DNA of 64,000 nt from NCBI GenBank assembly GCA_050633305.1, contig JBOEGF010000004.1, positions 352,140-416,139 of the forward strand. The letters run 5' to 3'. The translations under genes and the position numbers were made by a program. The notes below the pieces were generated by a model, which made no database searches, was not told the DNA's origin, and saw only the letters and a list, made by a program, of their open reading frames with translations. This DNA is from Nannocystales bacterium. Lineage in GTDB: Bacteria; Myxococcota_A; Polyangia; Nannocystales; Nannocystaceae. Positions 54,410 to 64,000 of the stretch are shown piece after piece. How positions within the stretch are numbered: position 1 is the stretch's first letter; the number at the start of each line of letters is the position of its first letter.

Positions 54410-55189
54410 TCAAGCGTCGAGCAGACGCTGTGCCACGGAGGGGTCAGCCCCCGTGATGTCGAGTTCGAGCGGAGTGACGGCGACGGTGCCGTGGGTTACG
54501 GCGTAGGTGTCGTCCCCAGCCGCATGATCGGTCTCCAACGGTGGGCCGCCGATCCAGTAGTACGTGCGGCCCATCGGGTCCTTCCGCGCCTCGACATGGT
54601 TCTTGTACTTCCGCTGCCCCAACCGCGTGACCTCCAGGGGAAGCGCAGCCGCGGCGGCGTCCAACTCGGCCTCCGTGGCCTCGTCGGTCAGACCCGGCGG
54701 GCGTGGAACGTTGATGTTGATCAGGGACAGCTCGTCGGTCGCGAGCATGGCGGCCGCGACCCGTCGAACAGCGGGGATCGCCACCCGCGGCGGCACCCCG
54801 CGGTTGGCCGAGGCAGCAAGGGATGGCACCCCTTGAATCCGAGCCTCTGCCGCCGCGCCGACCGTGCCAGAGTAGAAGACGTCGGTTCCCAGGTTGTAGC
54901 CGGCGTTGATCCCCGAGACCACGAGGTCGGGCTTGGTTGGGCACAAGTGGTGCAGACCCACGTAGACACAGTCCACCGGGGTCCCACTCACCCGCCACCA
55001 GTTCGTCTGCGGCTTCTTCACCGGGCCCACGCGAAGATGGGTGTGGAACGTGATGGCGTGGCTCGATCCACTGCGTTCGGTGTCCGGCGCCACGACGATG
55101 ATGTCGCCCAGGGGCGAGACCGCCTCGACCAGCGCCTCGATTCCGGGTGCGAACACCCCGTCGTCGTTGCTCACGAGGATCAGCGGCAT
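54410..55189 (-). CDS. surE: 5'/3'-nucleotidase SurE
   Basis: ILVSNDDG, VAPDTERSG, GTPVDCV, SGINAGYNLG.DVFYSGTVGAA. Confidence 0.95.
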   Translation of the reverse strand: MPLILVSNDDGVFAPGIEALVEAVSPLGDIIVVAPDTERSGSSHAITFHTHLRVGPVKKPQTNWWRVSGTPVDCVYVGLHHLCPTKPDLVVSGINAGYNLGTDVFYSGTVGAAAEARIQGVPSLAASANRGVPPRVAIPAVRRVAAAMLATDELSLININVPRPPGLTDEATEAELDAAAAALPLEVTRLGQRKYKNHVEARKDPMGRTYYWIGGPPLETDHAAGDDTYAVTHGTVAVTPLELDITGADPSVAQRLLDA

Positions 55190-55258
55190 GAGCGTCCGTG
55201 TACCGCACAACGCCGACCGGACGCCACGAAACGCGCGTCGCTTCCACGCGTGCCACGC

Positions 55259-55292
55259 AAAAAAAAGAGCCACCCTCAGCGAGGATGGCTCT
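55259..55292 (-). terminator. Rho-independent terminator downstream of tRNA-Pro
   Basis: Minus strand AGAGCCATCCTC-GCT-GAGGGTGGCTCT followed by a T-run. Confidence 0.85.
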
Positions 55293-55349
55293 CAGTTCGA
55301 CCGGGAGGAGTTGGCGAGGCCAATGGGGGATCCCCCTCTGCGGTCTTTC

Positions 55350-55425
<76 letters not shown>

Positions 55426-55529
55426 AACGGGATGCGGCTTATACCGTGACCGCTCCGCAAACGCAAAGGCTATCGAACCAGTTTCTGCACTTGCCCGCCT
55501 GACGTGGCTCAGCAACCAGCTGAGACCCG

Positions 55530-56045
55530 TCACCCGCCACGCGGAGGTCGGGCGGGACGATCGAGGATTGAGCCTTCGGCCCCCTCGACCAAGGCCCGCG
55601 CGCCACCCACCTCTTCGAGGAACCGCGCGGGATCCGCGGCCGCGGGATCCGTCCGCCCCGACTCCGCCATGGAGAGCGTGTCCGCGAGCAGTCGACGGAC
55701 AACGCCGAGCGACTGCTTGGCCAGGTAGACCCCCGACGGAGCGGCGGGCGTGCACCCTGCGGCGGCCTCTTTCAGCTTCTGGCGAGCCCCGGCGATCGTG
55801 AACTTCTCGACGTAGAGCAGCTGCTTGATCTTCAGCAGCGTCTCCACGTCACGCCTTCGGTAGACGCGCTGCTGGGTCCGTGACTTCTGAGGTTTGACGG
55901 CCCGAAATTCCGTCTCCCAGTAGCGCAGCACGTAGGCCGGCACGCCGACGATCTCGGCCACCTCTCCGATCTTGAAGTACAGCTTGTCCGACCCAAGGTC
56001 GAGCCCGTCGCCGTCCTTGGTTGCAGAGCCCTTACGACGGGTCAT
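55530..56045 (-). CDS. MerR family transcriptional regulator (conserved ihfA-linked type)
   Basis: [27 protein letters not shown]...QRVYRRRDV...FTIAGAR; pheT-ihfA-merR-tRNA-Pro synteny. Confidence 0.92.
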   Translation of the reverse strand: MTRRKGSATKDGDGLDLGSDKLYFKIGEVAEIVGVPAYVLRYWETEFRAVKPQKSRTQQRVYRRRDVETLLKIKQLLYVEKFTIAGARQKLKEAAAGCTPAAPSGVYLAKQSLGVVRRLLADTLSMAESGRTDPAAADPARFLEEVGGARALVEGAEGSILDRPARPPRGG

Positions 56046-56056
56046 GTGTCGGTACC

Positions 56057-56338
56057 TCAGGAGTCGTTGAGCGCCGTCTTCAGGACAGGGCTCGGCTTGA
56101 ACGTCAGCACGCGGCGCGCGTCGATCAGGATCTCGGTGCCCGTCTGGGGGTTCCGGCCTGGGCGCGGCGCCTTCTCGCGAACCACGAAGTTCCCGAAGCC
56201 GGAGATCTTGATCTTCTCACCGGTCTCGAGCGTGCACTTCATGACGTCGAACACCTTCTCGACGAGGTCGGCGGCTTCTTTCTTGGAGAACCCGCCGACG
56301 CGATCGCAGACCCGGTCGATGATGTCGGCCTTCGTCAT
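56057..56338 (-). CDS. ihfA: Integration host factor subunit alpha
   Basis: MTKADII...[21 protein letters not shown]...RRVLTFKPS; located after pheT. Confidence 0.94.
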   Translation of the reverse strand: MTKADIIDRVCDRVGGFSKKEAADLVEKVFDVMKCTLETGEKIKISGFGNFVVREKAPRPGRNPQTGTEILIDARRVLTFKPSPVLKTALNDS

Positions 56339-56397
56339 GGTGTGCTCATCGTGACAAACGCAGGCGGGGGCCCGCAAGTGGATCCCCGCCCACGCCG

Positions 56398-58905
56398 CTA
56401 CCGCACTCGAATCGACGCGGCGACGGCCTGCAGCTCCGCGAGCGCCGCGGCGACCACGGCCGCGTGCAACGCTTGCACCTCGTCGTCGGTGACGCTTCGC
56501 TGCGGCGCGCGATAGTGCAGGCGCAGCAAGAGCGCCCGGTGCCCTTCCGGCACCCCCTTCCCGCGATAGTCCTCGACGATCTCGATCGCGCCACCTGCGG
56601 TATCCCCTTGCGACAACCGTGGTCCGTCCTCGCTGTGCTCCGCTTTGGCCTCCGCTCCGAGCAGCGCATCGACGACGCGCGACGCCGCGGTCCGAATCGG
56701 GATTTCCAGCGAGAGATCCCGGCTGGTCGAGGGGAACCTCGGCAGGGTCTGATGCCGCGCGACGTGTCCGCCCTGAAGGGAATCGAGCCACAGCTCCCCG
56801 TAGTAGGCGCGAACGCCCTGGGGGAATTCGAAGTGCTGCATGAGGTCGGGGTGGACCTCCCCCACTTCACCGACCTGCGACCCGTCGACATCGAGCCGGG
56901 CCTGAATGCCCGGATGGAGCCACGACGACGGGGTCCCCGCGGGGCGTAGCTGAACCTCGGCGCCGATCCGTCCGAGAACCGATGCCGCGATGGTGGCGAC
57001 GTCCGATCCCGCGTAGGACTCGGCTTGCCGTGCACCGCCACAGATCAAGAACACCGCGCGTCGTCGCTCGCGCGGGAGCATGGCGTCGATCTCCGCCGTC
57101 GGACCGGACGTCGTTGGCGCCGACTCGGGCCAATCGTAGATGCGGCCGACCTCGCACAGTCGCACCGCGCGGGCGTGCCGCGCCACGTTCAGCGCGGCTG
57201 CCCGAAGCAGACCCGGCATCATGTGGGTTCGCATGGTGCTGGTCTGGATCCGCAGAGGGTTCGTCACGGTGACGCTGCGGCCGGCAGGCACCCCGAACGG
57301 CAGCAGGTCACTGGGATCGGCGAACGCGAAGGACAGCACCTCATGGAGGTTCTGCGCCCGCATGGCGTCGAGGACCGACTCCTCCAGGTCGGCCTGCTCG
57401 TCGGCCTCGCGCTGCCCCGGGTCCACGCGCAGTCCCGGCGGCTCGGACGGCACGCTGGGCGTGCCCGGCAGGCGGTCCAATCCGTAGTGCCGGACCAACT
57501 CCTCGATGAGGTCTTCCTCGCAATCCAGGTCGGGCCGGTGCGTCGGTGGCGTGCAGGACCAGGTGCCCTCCCCCGTCGAGGTCAGCGTCACCTCGAGGCC
57601 CGTGAGCACCCGCGCGATCTCGTCGGCAGGGATGCTCATCCCAAGCAACGCCGCCACCCGCGGGGCCCGAAGCACGATCGTGGGAACCGTCGGAACGGTT
57701 CCCGCAATATCGGTCCCACCGGTGACCGTCGCGCCCGCGAGTTCACGCAGAAGGCGCTCGGCCGTCGCCGCAGCACCCTCCAGCCGCGCACCGAAATCGA
57801 CGCAGCGCTCGAACCGATACGAGCTGTCGGTGCTCAGCTGGTGCCGCCGCGCCGAGGACCGCACGAAACCCGGCTGGAACCACGCGTTCTCGATCAACAG
57901 CGTGCTCGCCCCGGGCTCCACGCCCGAGTCCTTGCCCCCCATCACCCCCGCGAGCGCTTGGGGGGACGCGGCGTCCGCGATGACCAGGTCCTCGGCCACA
58001 AGCTCCAGCTCGGAGTCGTCCAGTGCGGTCATGCGCTCTCCGGCCTTGGCCAGTCGCACGACGACGCGGCCTTCGCTCAGTCGCGCACGATCGAACGCGT
58101 GCATCGGCTGCCCCCAGAGCATCAACACGTAGTTGGTGATGTCGACCACGTTGTTGATCGGCCTCAGGGCGAGGCGGTGCAGTCGAACGCGGAGCCACAG
58201 CGGCGACGCTGCCACAGTCGCGCCCTCGAAGGTCCGGCCGATGTAGCGGCCGCAGCGTTGTGGCGCGTCGACAGAGACCAGGCCGTCGACCTGGGGAACG
58301 TCCGCGAGACTGTCCGCGGGAGGAGCGAACGCTCGGCGGAGCTTCACCGCGAGGTCCGCCGCGACGCCGACGTGCCCGAGCGCATCGGGTCGGTTGGGCG
58401 TGATGCCCAGCTCAAAGACGGTGTCTTCGATGCCCGGGACCGCGTCGGGCAGCGGTGTCCCCGGGACCCACTCCGCCGGCAGGATCATGATGCCGTCGCT
58501 GTCGGGGCCGATGCCCAGTTCCTCCTCTGCGCAGATCATTCCCTCGCTGGGGACGCCGCGGATCTCACGGGCTCCGATCTCGAAACCGCCCGGGAGCACC
58601 GCCCCCAGTCTCGCAAACGCGATCTTTCCTCCGGGGTCGGGGACGTTGGCGGCTCCGCAGACGACCTTGATCGTGCGCTCGCCATCGAACACGTCGACCA
58701 GGCGCAACTTGTCGGCACCGGGGTGAGGCTCGATGCCCTTGACCTCGGCAACCACGACGTCGCGCAGCCCCTCGCCGTAGCGGGTGACCCCTTCGACCTC
58801 CAACCCAAGGGAGGTGATCGCATCCCCGAACGCCTCGTCATCAAGACGCGCATCGCCGGAGACGGGGGCCAACAGACTCTCAATCCACTGTCGCGAGATC
58901 AGCAT
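56398..58905 (-). CDS. pheT: Phenylalanine--tRNA ligase beta subunit
   Basis: HPGADKL, VVCGAANV, SEGMIC, ITPNRPD, INNVVDITNY, RPDLDCEEDLIEE, FPSTSRDLS. Confidence 0.97.
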   Translation of the reverse strand: MLISRQWIESLLAPVSGDARLDDEAFGDAITSLGLEVEGVTRYGEGLRDVVVAEVKGIEPHPGADKLRLVDVFDGERTIKVVCGAANVPDPGGKIAFARLGAVLPGGFEIGAREIRGVPSEGMICAEEELGIGPDSDGIMILPAEWVPGTPLPDAVPGIEDTVFELGITPNRPDALGHVGVAADLAVKLRRAFAPPADSLADVPQVDGLVSVDAPQRCGRYIGRTFEGATVAASPLWLRVRLHRLALRPINNVVDITNYVLMLWGQPMHAFDRARLSEGRVVVRLAKAGERMTALDDSELELVAEDLVIADAASPQALAGVMGGKDSGVEPGASTLLIENAWFQPGFVRSSARRHQLSTDSSYRFERCVDFGARLEGAAATAERLLRELAGATVTGGTDIAGTVPTVPTIVLRAPRVAALLGMSIPADEIARVLTGLEVTLTSTGEGTWSCTPPTHRPDLDCEEDLIEELVRHYGLDRLPGTPSVPSEPPGLRVDPGQREADEQADLEESVLDAMRAQNLHEVLSFAFADPSDLLPFGVPAGRSVTVTNPLRIQTSTMRTHMMPGLLRAAALNVARHARAVRLCEVGRIYDWPESAPTTSGPTAEIDAMLPRERRRAVFLICGGARQAESYAGSDVATIAASVLGRIGAEVQLRPAGTPSSWLHPGIQARLDVDGSQVGEVGEVHPDLMQHFEFPQGVRAYYGELWLDSLQGGHVARHQTLPRFPSTSRDLSLEIPIRTAASRVVDALLGAEAKAEHSEDGPRLSQGDTAGGAIEIVEDYRGKGVPEGHRALLLRLHYRAPQRSVTDDEVQALHAAVVAAALAELQAVAASIRVR

Positions 58906-59972
58906 GGGAACTGCTCCAAGAAACGCACGTCACCGTCGAAGAGAAGCCGCAGATCGGGCACGCCGTGCAGCAGCGTGGCCATGCGGTCGATGCCGAAGCC
59001 AAACGCCCACCCCGTGTACTCTTGGGGGTCGACATCGCACGCCTCGAGCACCTTGGGGTGGACCATCCCCGAGCCGCCAAGTTCGATCCAGCGGCTGCCC
59101 TTGCAGACGCTGCAACTCGGGAGTTTTTCCCCCGCATCGTTCGTCGGACAAAACGGGCATTCCATGTCGAACTCGGCACCGGGCTCGACGAAGGGGAAGA
59201 ATGAAGGACGAAGCCGGACTTTGAGGTCGGCCCCGAAGAACGCGCTCACGAACCGGTAGAGCGTGGCCTTGAGGTCCGCCATGGTGACGCCCTTGTCGAC
59301 GCACAGGCCCTCGATCTGGTGAAACATCGGGGAGTGCGTCGCGTCGTCGTCTTTGCGGAAGACGGTGCCCATCGCCACGATCCGGATCGGAGGCTCGCGT
59401 CCAAGCATCGTCCGGATCTGCACCGGCGAGGTATGCGTCCGAAGGACCAGGTTGCTCTCCGCCTCCCCCGCCTGCCCGTCCACGAAGAACGTGTCCTGCA
59501 TGTCTCTGGCGGGGTGATCCGCGGGGATGTTGAGCTTGTCGAAGTTGTACAGCTCGTGCTCGACGTGGGGTCCGTCGACGACGTCGAAACCCAGTTTCCG
59601 AAACACCCGAGACAGTTCTCGGCGGGTTCGCGTGATGGGGTGAATACTGCCCACCGCGGACAGCGTGTCCACCATGGTCAGATCCTCTACTCGGCCCAAG
59701 TCGGCCTCGCGCGCCGCCGCCACGATCGCCTGCTTGCGTTCCTCGAGCGCCGCCTCGATCGCCTTCTTGACCTCGTTGAACGCCATCCCGAACGCCTTGC
59801 GTTCTTCGGGCGCCAGCTTGCCCATCTGTCCTCGGAGCTTGCTGACCGAGCCCTTCTTGCCGATGTACTGGACCTGAAGCTCGTACAAGGCGTCAGCGTC
59901 GTGGACCTCTTTTAGGGCAGCTTCAAAGCGCTGCTGCTCGGCGCTGAGCGCCTGCGTCACGTCGTCACTCAC
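58899..59972 (-). CDS. pheS: Phenylalanine--tRNA ligase alpha subunit
   Basis: NFDKLNIPADHPARDMQDTFF, LRTHTSPVQIR, THSPMFHQIEG, FPFVEP, GWAFGFGIDR. GTG start 59972 inferred. Confidence 0.97.
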   Translation of the reverse strand: MSDDVTQALSAEQQRFEAALKEVHDADALYELQVQYIGKKGSVSKLRGQMGKLAPEERKAFGMAFNEVKKAIEAALEERKQAIVAAAREADLGRVEDLTMVDTLSAVGSIHPITRTRRELSRVFRKLGFDVVDGPHVEHELYNFDKLNIPADHPARDMQDTFFVDGQAGEAESNLVLRTHTSPVQIRTMLGREPPIRIVAMGTVFRKDDDATHSPMFHQIEGLCVDKGVTMADLKATLYRFVSAFFGADLKVRLRPSFFPFVEPGAEFDMECPFCPTNDAGEKLPSCSVCKGSRWIELGGSGMVHPKVLEACDVDPQEYTGWAFGFGIDRMATLLHGVPDLRLLFDGDVRFLEQFPC

Positions 59973-60143
59973 GCGGCGGAGCATAGAGCACCTCCCGCGG
60001 CCGGGGAGCACCAAACAGGTCGCCAAACGGGACCGCCGCGCCGAGCCTGCGAATTCGGACGCGAACCAACGCAAAGCGCGGACGGAGTCGAAACTCGGTC
60101 CGCGCGGACGCCCTGCGGAAGCGGGGCGAGTCGAGGGAAAAGT

Positions 60144-60515
60144 CTAGGCGGCCTTGGCCGACCCGACCGCGTCTTTGGCGATCTGAGCGATGGCGGCGAA
60201 CGCCTCAGCGTCGGCGACAGCGAGCTCTGCAAGGATCTTGCGGTCGAGCTCAACGCCAGCCAGCGAGACACCGTTCATGAACCGGCTATAGTTGAGACCG
60301 TGCATCCGAGCGGCAGCTCCGATACGGACGATCCACAAGCGACGCATGTCTCGTTTCTTTTGCTTCCGTCCACGGTAGGCGTGCATCCAAGCGTGGTGCA
60401 CAGCTTCCACCATGCGGCGGTAGATGCGACGGCGACCACCGCGGAAACCGCTGGCAGCCTTGCGAATTCGGTTACGGCGGCGGCGTGCTTTTACGCCTCG
60501 TGTTGCGCGGGGCAT
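60144..60515 (-). CDS. rplT: 50S ribosomal protein L20
   Basis: MPRATRGVKARRRR...AYRGRKQKKRDMRRLWIVRI...LDRKILAELAV. Confidence 0.98.
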   Translation of the reverse strand: MPRATRGVKARRRRNRIRKAASGFRGGRRRIYRRMVEAVHHAWMHAYRGRKQKKRDMRRLWIVRIGAAARMHGLNYSRFMNGVSLAGVELDRKILAELAVADAEAFAAIAQIAKDAVGSAKAA

Positions 60516-60518
60516 GAC

Positions 60519-60722
60519 TTAGTCCCTTCCGTACGGCAGCAACGCGTCGATGCGCCGTTGGTCTGGCTCAGAGACGATTACAGTCCCTCGGAGCTTCCGA
60601 ACGCGGTCGGCGTTCTTCTTGGTGAGGATATGGTTCTTATGGCTATGCTTACGCTTAGCTTTACCGGTCGCTGTGAACCGGAACCGTTTCTTCGAACCGC
60701 TATGAGATTTCATCTTGGGCAT
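60519..60722 (-). CDS. rpmI: 50S ribosomal protein L35
   Basis: [21 protein letters not shown]...HILTKK. Confidence 0.98.
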   Translation of the reverse strand: MPKMKSHSGSKKRFRFTATGKAKRKHSHKNHILTKKNADRVRKLRGTVIVSEPDQRRIDALLPYGRD

Positions 60723-60849
60723 GGCAAAACCCCAATGAGGACGCGGGTCTTACCTCAGAACTGAGGGGACCGCAAGTGAGTAGTGGTCGGCGACCACGCG
60801 TCACACCCAGAACGGGTGTGAGGACGCGCGCGAGTCGCGAAAAGGGATG

Positions 60850-60882
60850 CCACACCGCCCTGCAAAGCAAAGGGCGGTGTGG
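60850..60882 (-). terminator. Stable hairpin in the infC-rpmI intergenic region (terminator or L20-regulatory element)
   Basis: 12-bp stem CCACACCGCCCT/AGGGCGGTGTGG, 9 nt downstream of the infC stop. Confidence 0.55.
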
Positions 60883-60891
60883 AGAACGCAT

Positions 60892-61641
60892 TCAGGCGGA
60901 GGATTCCGCCGTGGAGGGAGCGTCGCCCGCAGGAGCCTTGGCCGGAGTCGTCGCGGCGGCCGCGGCCGGTTTGTCGCCCCCTGTGGCGGGAGGAGATCCA
61001 CCGCCGTCGGCCGACGCGGGCGCTGAAGCAGCCGCCGGCTTGTCGGACCCCGGTGCGGCCGGAGCTTTGGCGCGCTTGGGAGCTTGTTGCTGGGCATCTT
61101 TGCGAGGCGCCAACACCATGTTCATCCGGTTGCCTTCCATCGAGGGGGTCTGGATGACCTGCGCGATGTCGGCACACGTCTCGACGACACGATCGAGGAC
61201 ATGTCGACCGGTCTCGGGGTGTGTCACTTCGCGGCCGCGAAACTGAACGACCAACTTCACCTTGTCGCCGTCGCCGAGGAATCGGCGGCAGTGCCGAACT
61301 TTGAAATCGAAGTCGTGCCCGTGGGTCTTGGGCCTGAACTTGATCTCCTTGAGTTCGGAGATGACCTGGTGCTTCTTGGCTTCACGCTCCCGCTTGGCGG
61401 TCTCGTACTTGAACTTGCCGTAGTCCATCACCTTGCACACCGGAGGGTTCGCCTTGGGGTTCACCTCCACGAGTTGCAAGCTGTGTTCGTTGGCCAAATC
61501 CAACGCGTCACGCGTATCCATGATGCCTCGCTGTCCGCCTTCGTGATCGATGACGCGGACTTCACGGGCACGAATGCGTCTACCGACCCGATGTTTTTCG
61601 GTCGGACGTGGCGGACGCTTCGAACTTCTTCTTCTGCCTAT
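60892..61641 (-). CDS. infC: Translation initiation factor IF-3 with non-canonical ATA start and Ala/Pro-rich C-terminal extension
   Basis: The frame continues upstream of the ORF-track ATG: AAGGAG RBS, 8 nt, ATA at 61641, then ...RIRAREVRVID; LVEV.P...PPVCKVMDYGKFKYE, KEIKFRP, FRGRE. Confidence 0.93.
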   Translation of the reverse strand: MGRRRSSKRPPRPTEKHRVGRRIRAREVRVIDHEGGQRGIMDTRDALDLANEHSLQLVEVNPKANPPVCKVMDYGKFKYETAKREREAKKHQVISELKEIKFRPKTHGHDFDFKVRHCRRFLGDGDKVKLVVQFRGREVTHPETGRHVLDRVVETCADIAQVIQTPSMEGNRMNMVLAPRKDAQQQAPKRAKAPAAPGSDKPAAASAPASADGGGSPPATGGDKPAAAAATTPAKAPAGDAPSTAESSA

Positions 61642-61798
61642 GACTCTTGCTCCTTCAAGGGATGGGTCGGGCTCCCAGCTCCGCGATTAAGCCGAGGGGG
61701 ACGACGCGAGGGCCGCCCGCGGGCGCCAGACCGCCGCAAGAGTGTGGCTTGCACGCGGTCGCGTCAAGCATTCCCAACAGAACTTTCTCAACAAGGGG

Positions 61799-61827
61799 TT
61801 GACCGCAGCTTCAGGACGCGCTAAGAC
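61799..61827 (+). promoter_or_regulatory. Putative sigma-70 promoter for tRNA-Val
   Basis: TTGACC-17 nt-TAAGAC, about 30 nt upstream of the tRNA. Confidence 0.5.
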
Positions 61828-61856
61828 GCGCTCCCCCAGCACAGGGGAGCACATAC

Positions 61857-61928
61857 AGGGCTGTAGCTCAGGGGTAGAGCGCTACCTTGACATGGTAGAA
61901 GTCGGCGGTTCGAAGCCGCCCAGCCCTA
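61857..61928 (+). tRNA. tRNA-Val (anticodon GAC)
   Basis: AGGGCTG-TAGCTCAGGGGTAGAGC-G-CTACC-TTGACAT-GGTAG-AAGTC-GGCGG-TTCGAAG-CCGCC-CAGCCCT-A. No encoded CCA. Confidence 0.96.
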
Positions 61929-61936
61929 CAACCTCA

Positions 61937-61977
61937 AAGCCCCCGATTCGGTCATCCGAGTCGGGGGCTTCGTTGTT
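61937..61977 (+). terminator. Terminator hairpin after tRNA-Val (possibly bidirectional)
   Basis: Stem AAGCCCCCGATTCGG/CCGAGTCGGGGGCTT followed by CGTTGTT. Confidence 0.8.
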
Positions 61978-62048
61978 CTCGCTGTGCGCAAAACGCCCGC
62001 CCTCGTCCCCGGCCTGGGCCGAGGTCGGCTGAGGGGCCCCGAGAAGCC

Positions 62049-63887
62049 TCAGGCGACCGAATCGCGACGCGACCGTCCGGGAAGGTCTGCGCCCTCATAG
62101 AGCCCCTCCAGCGCATCCCGGTAGCGCTCCACCACGGTCGCACGCCGCACTTTCCGCGTCGGCGTGAGTTCGCCGGCCTCCAAGGAGAGTGGCTCCGGTG
62201 CGATGTGAACCCGCTTGATCGTCTCGTAGCGGGCGACCGAGGCGTTGACCGTGTCGACGTGCTCTTGGACGAGCTGCCGCACACGCGGATGCGCGGCGAG
62301 ATCTTCGTAGGTTCGGCACCCCAACCCCTCGCGCTCGGACAGCGCGAGCAGCGTGGGGGCATCCAGCGCAACCAGGGCCACCACGTAGGGCTTGCCCTCG
62401 CCGTAGACCAGCACATGGCCGATCCCCTCTCCGACCCGAAGGCGGCCCTCCAGCATTCGCGGCGCGATGTATTTGCCGCTGCCGGTCTTGAACAGGTCCT
62501 TCTTGCGCTCCGTGATCCGCAAGAACCCGTCCTGCAGCTCCCCCACGTCGCCGGTCTTGAACCATCCCTCGGCGTCGAACGCCTCGGCTGTGCTCTGCGG
62601 GTCGCCGTGGTAACGGGCCATCACGTTGTGGCCCCGGACCAAAACCTCTCCATCCTGCGCGATGCGCACTTCGCAACCGGGCATCGAGGGGCCCACGGTC
62701 CCGAACCGGAAGCGATCGGGACGGTTGACGTTGGTGGCCCCGGTGGTCTCGCTGAGGCCGTATCCTTCGAGGATCAGCATCCCACAGGCGTGGAAAAACT
62801 CCGCGATCTCCTGGTTGAGCGCCGCGCCACCGCAGACGAAGAAGCGCAGCCGCCCACCAAACATCTGTTTGACCCGGCTGAAGAACAGCTTGTCGGCAAC
62901 CGCCGCCCGCAGCTGCAACGAGGCGGGCGGCTCTTGCCCGCGCTGGCGGTAGGCCGAAACCCGCCGCCCGACCTCCATGCTCAGGTCGAAGCCGCGCTGC
63001 ACGACCACCGAGCGCCCCACGATCTCGCGCATCACGCGTGCGTAGGCTTTCTCGTACATTCTCGGGACCGCGCCCATGAACGTCGGTGCGACCTCCAGCA
63101 GATTGGCGGCCAACTGGGCCTCTCCCTCCCCAACGGCGGTAACCGCGCCTTGTTCGACTGCTCCCCAGACGAGGTGACGGGCGAAGATGTGGGCGAGCGG
63201 GAGGACGAGAAGCTGCTCGTCGGTCCCGTCCACGGGGACCACGTTCTTGATCGCCCATGCCTCGTACACGAGGTTGCGATGGGTGAGCACCACCCCCTTG
63301 GGGACACCGGTCGTTCCCGACGTATAGACGTGGGTCGCGGTGTCCTCGAGCCCGAGAACCTCGGCTCGGGCTCGGTGAGAGAGGTCTCGGTCGATCTCCG
63401 GTCGCTCCAACGCCTCCCGCCCTGCGACTCGAAGCGCGCGCCACGACCGCTCCTCATCCCCCTCGAAGAGGACGACGTTCAAGTCCGAGTCCGTGGGCAC
63501 GCGACGGCTCGAATCCGCCAATAGGACCGCACAGCCCGAGTCTTCGAGGATATAGCGGACGTTGTCCTCCGTCAGGCTCGGGTAGATCGGGACCGAGATC
63601 GCACCCGCCATGGCGACGGCGAGATCGGCGATGATCCACTCCACCCGGGTGGGGGAACAGATCGCGACAGCGTCGCCGGCCCGAAGGCCGAACCTCGTGA
63701 CGAGCCCTGCGGCCACCTCCCGCGCGGCGTCCCACCACTGGGTCCAAGTCAGCGTTTGCCAGGTGGACGCCTGCTTGTGGCGAAGCGCGGGGGCGTGGGG
63801 TGTCCGTCGCACTCTCGCGGCGAAGAGCTGGACGAGGTTGGGATAGTTGAGGCCCTCTGCGGGGCGCGGCTCGAACGCGGTGCTCAT
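62049..63887 (-). CDS. Long-chain fatty acid--CoA ligase (AMP-dependent synthetase, FadD15-like)
   Basis: YTSGTTGVPKGVVLTH, LPLAHIF, EGYGLSET, GWFKTGDVG, ITERKKDLFKTGSGKYIAP, ELTPTRK. ATG 63887 inferred. Confidence 0.93.
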   Translation of the reverse strand: MSTAFEPRPAEGLNYPNLVQLFAARVRRTPHAPALRHKQASTWQTLTWTQWWDAAREVAAGLVTRFGLRAGDAVAICSPTRVEWIIADLAVAMAGAISVPIYPSLTEDNVRYILEDSGCAVLLADSSRRVPTDSDLNVVLFEGDEERSWRALRVAGREALERPEIDRDLSHRARAEVLGLEDTATHVYTSGTTGVPKGVVLTHRNLVYEAWAIKNVVPVDGTDEQLLVLPLAHIFARHLVWGAVEQGAVTAVGEGEAQLAANLLEVAPTFMGAVPRMYEKAYARVMREIVGRSVVVQRGFDLSMEVGRRVSAYRQRGQEPPASLQLRAAVADKLFFSRVKQMFGGRLRFFVCGGAALNQEIAEFFHACGMLILEGYGLSETTGATNVNRPDRFRFGTVGPSMPGCEVRIAQDGEVLVRGHNVMARYHGDPQSTAEAFDAEGWFKTGDVGELQDGFLRITERKKDLFKTGSGKYIAPRMLEGRLRVGEGIGHVLVYGEGKPYVVALVALDAPTLLALSEREGLGCRTYEDLAAHPRVRQLVQEHVDTVNASVARYETIKRVHIAPEPLSLEAGELTPTRKVRRATVVERYRDALEGLYEGADLPGRSRRDSVA

Positions 63888-64000
63888 GCAAAGACGGGCG
63901 GAGAACGTCCTCCGGGGCCTCGCTCTTACCACACGCGGCCAGGCGGGGACCTGCGCGGGCAGCACGGGTTCCACCACTTGGGGGTGGCGACGCAAGCACA

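Noticed and set aside
59100..59165. CxxC...CxxC insert in PheS
   Set aside because: A zinc-knuckle-like segment at this position is common in PheS of many bacteria; only the short spacer insertion is unusual.

Overview
High-GC bacterial chromosome segment, most likely a myxobacterium (Myxococcota; Nannocystales-like by inference from MYXO-CTERM-type tails, many lipoproteins, three Ser/Thr kinases and a pfa1-pfa2 type PUFA synthase). Left end (minus strand): a PPTase, PfaD/Pfa1 enoyl reductase and the 5' part of a PfaA/Pfa2 KS-MAT-ACP synthase running off the window. Next come a macro-domain gene and tRNA-Arg(CCT), followed by an accessory-looking block: ECF sigma, divergent RCC1-repeat Ser/Thr kinase and two secreted trypsin-like proteases. 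The middle (13-53 kb) is a mosaic of envelope, lipoprotein and enzyme genes: YHYH, VWA, RNB nuclease, Nth, DUF2723, a His/Cys-protease-like-methyltransferase fusion coupled to a glutamate racemase, an SdpA/SdpB-like pair, a linalool dehydratase-like operon, an orphan VgrG, cyclophilin, DUF4397, O-antigen ligase, dCMP deaminase, a TPR kinase, a metalloprotease, ABC genes and PanE. The right end is core genome: apt, surE, tRNA-Pro, MerR, ihfA, pheT, pheS, rplT, rpmI, infC (non-canonical ATA start, long C-terminal tail), tRNA-Val and an acyl-CoA ligase. No CRISPR array, integrase, transposase or rRNA was seen. A recurring TAnnnT hexamer 6-8 nt before many start codons suggests widespread leaderless transcription. 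All product calls come from motif recognition by eye, not database searches.
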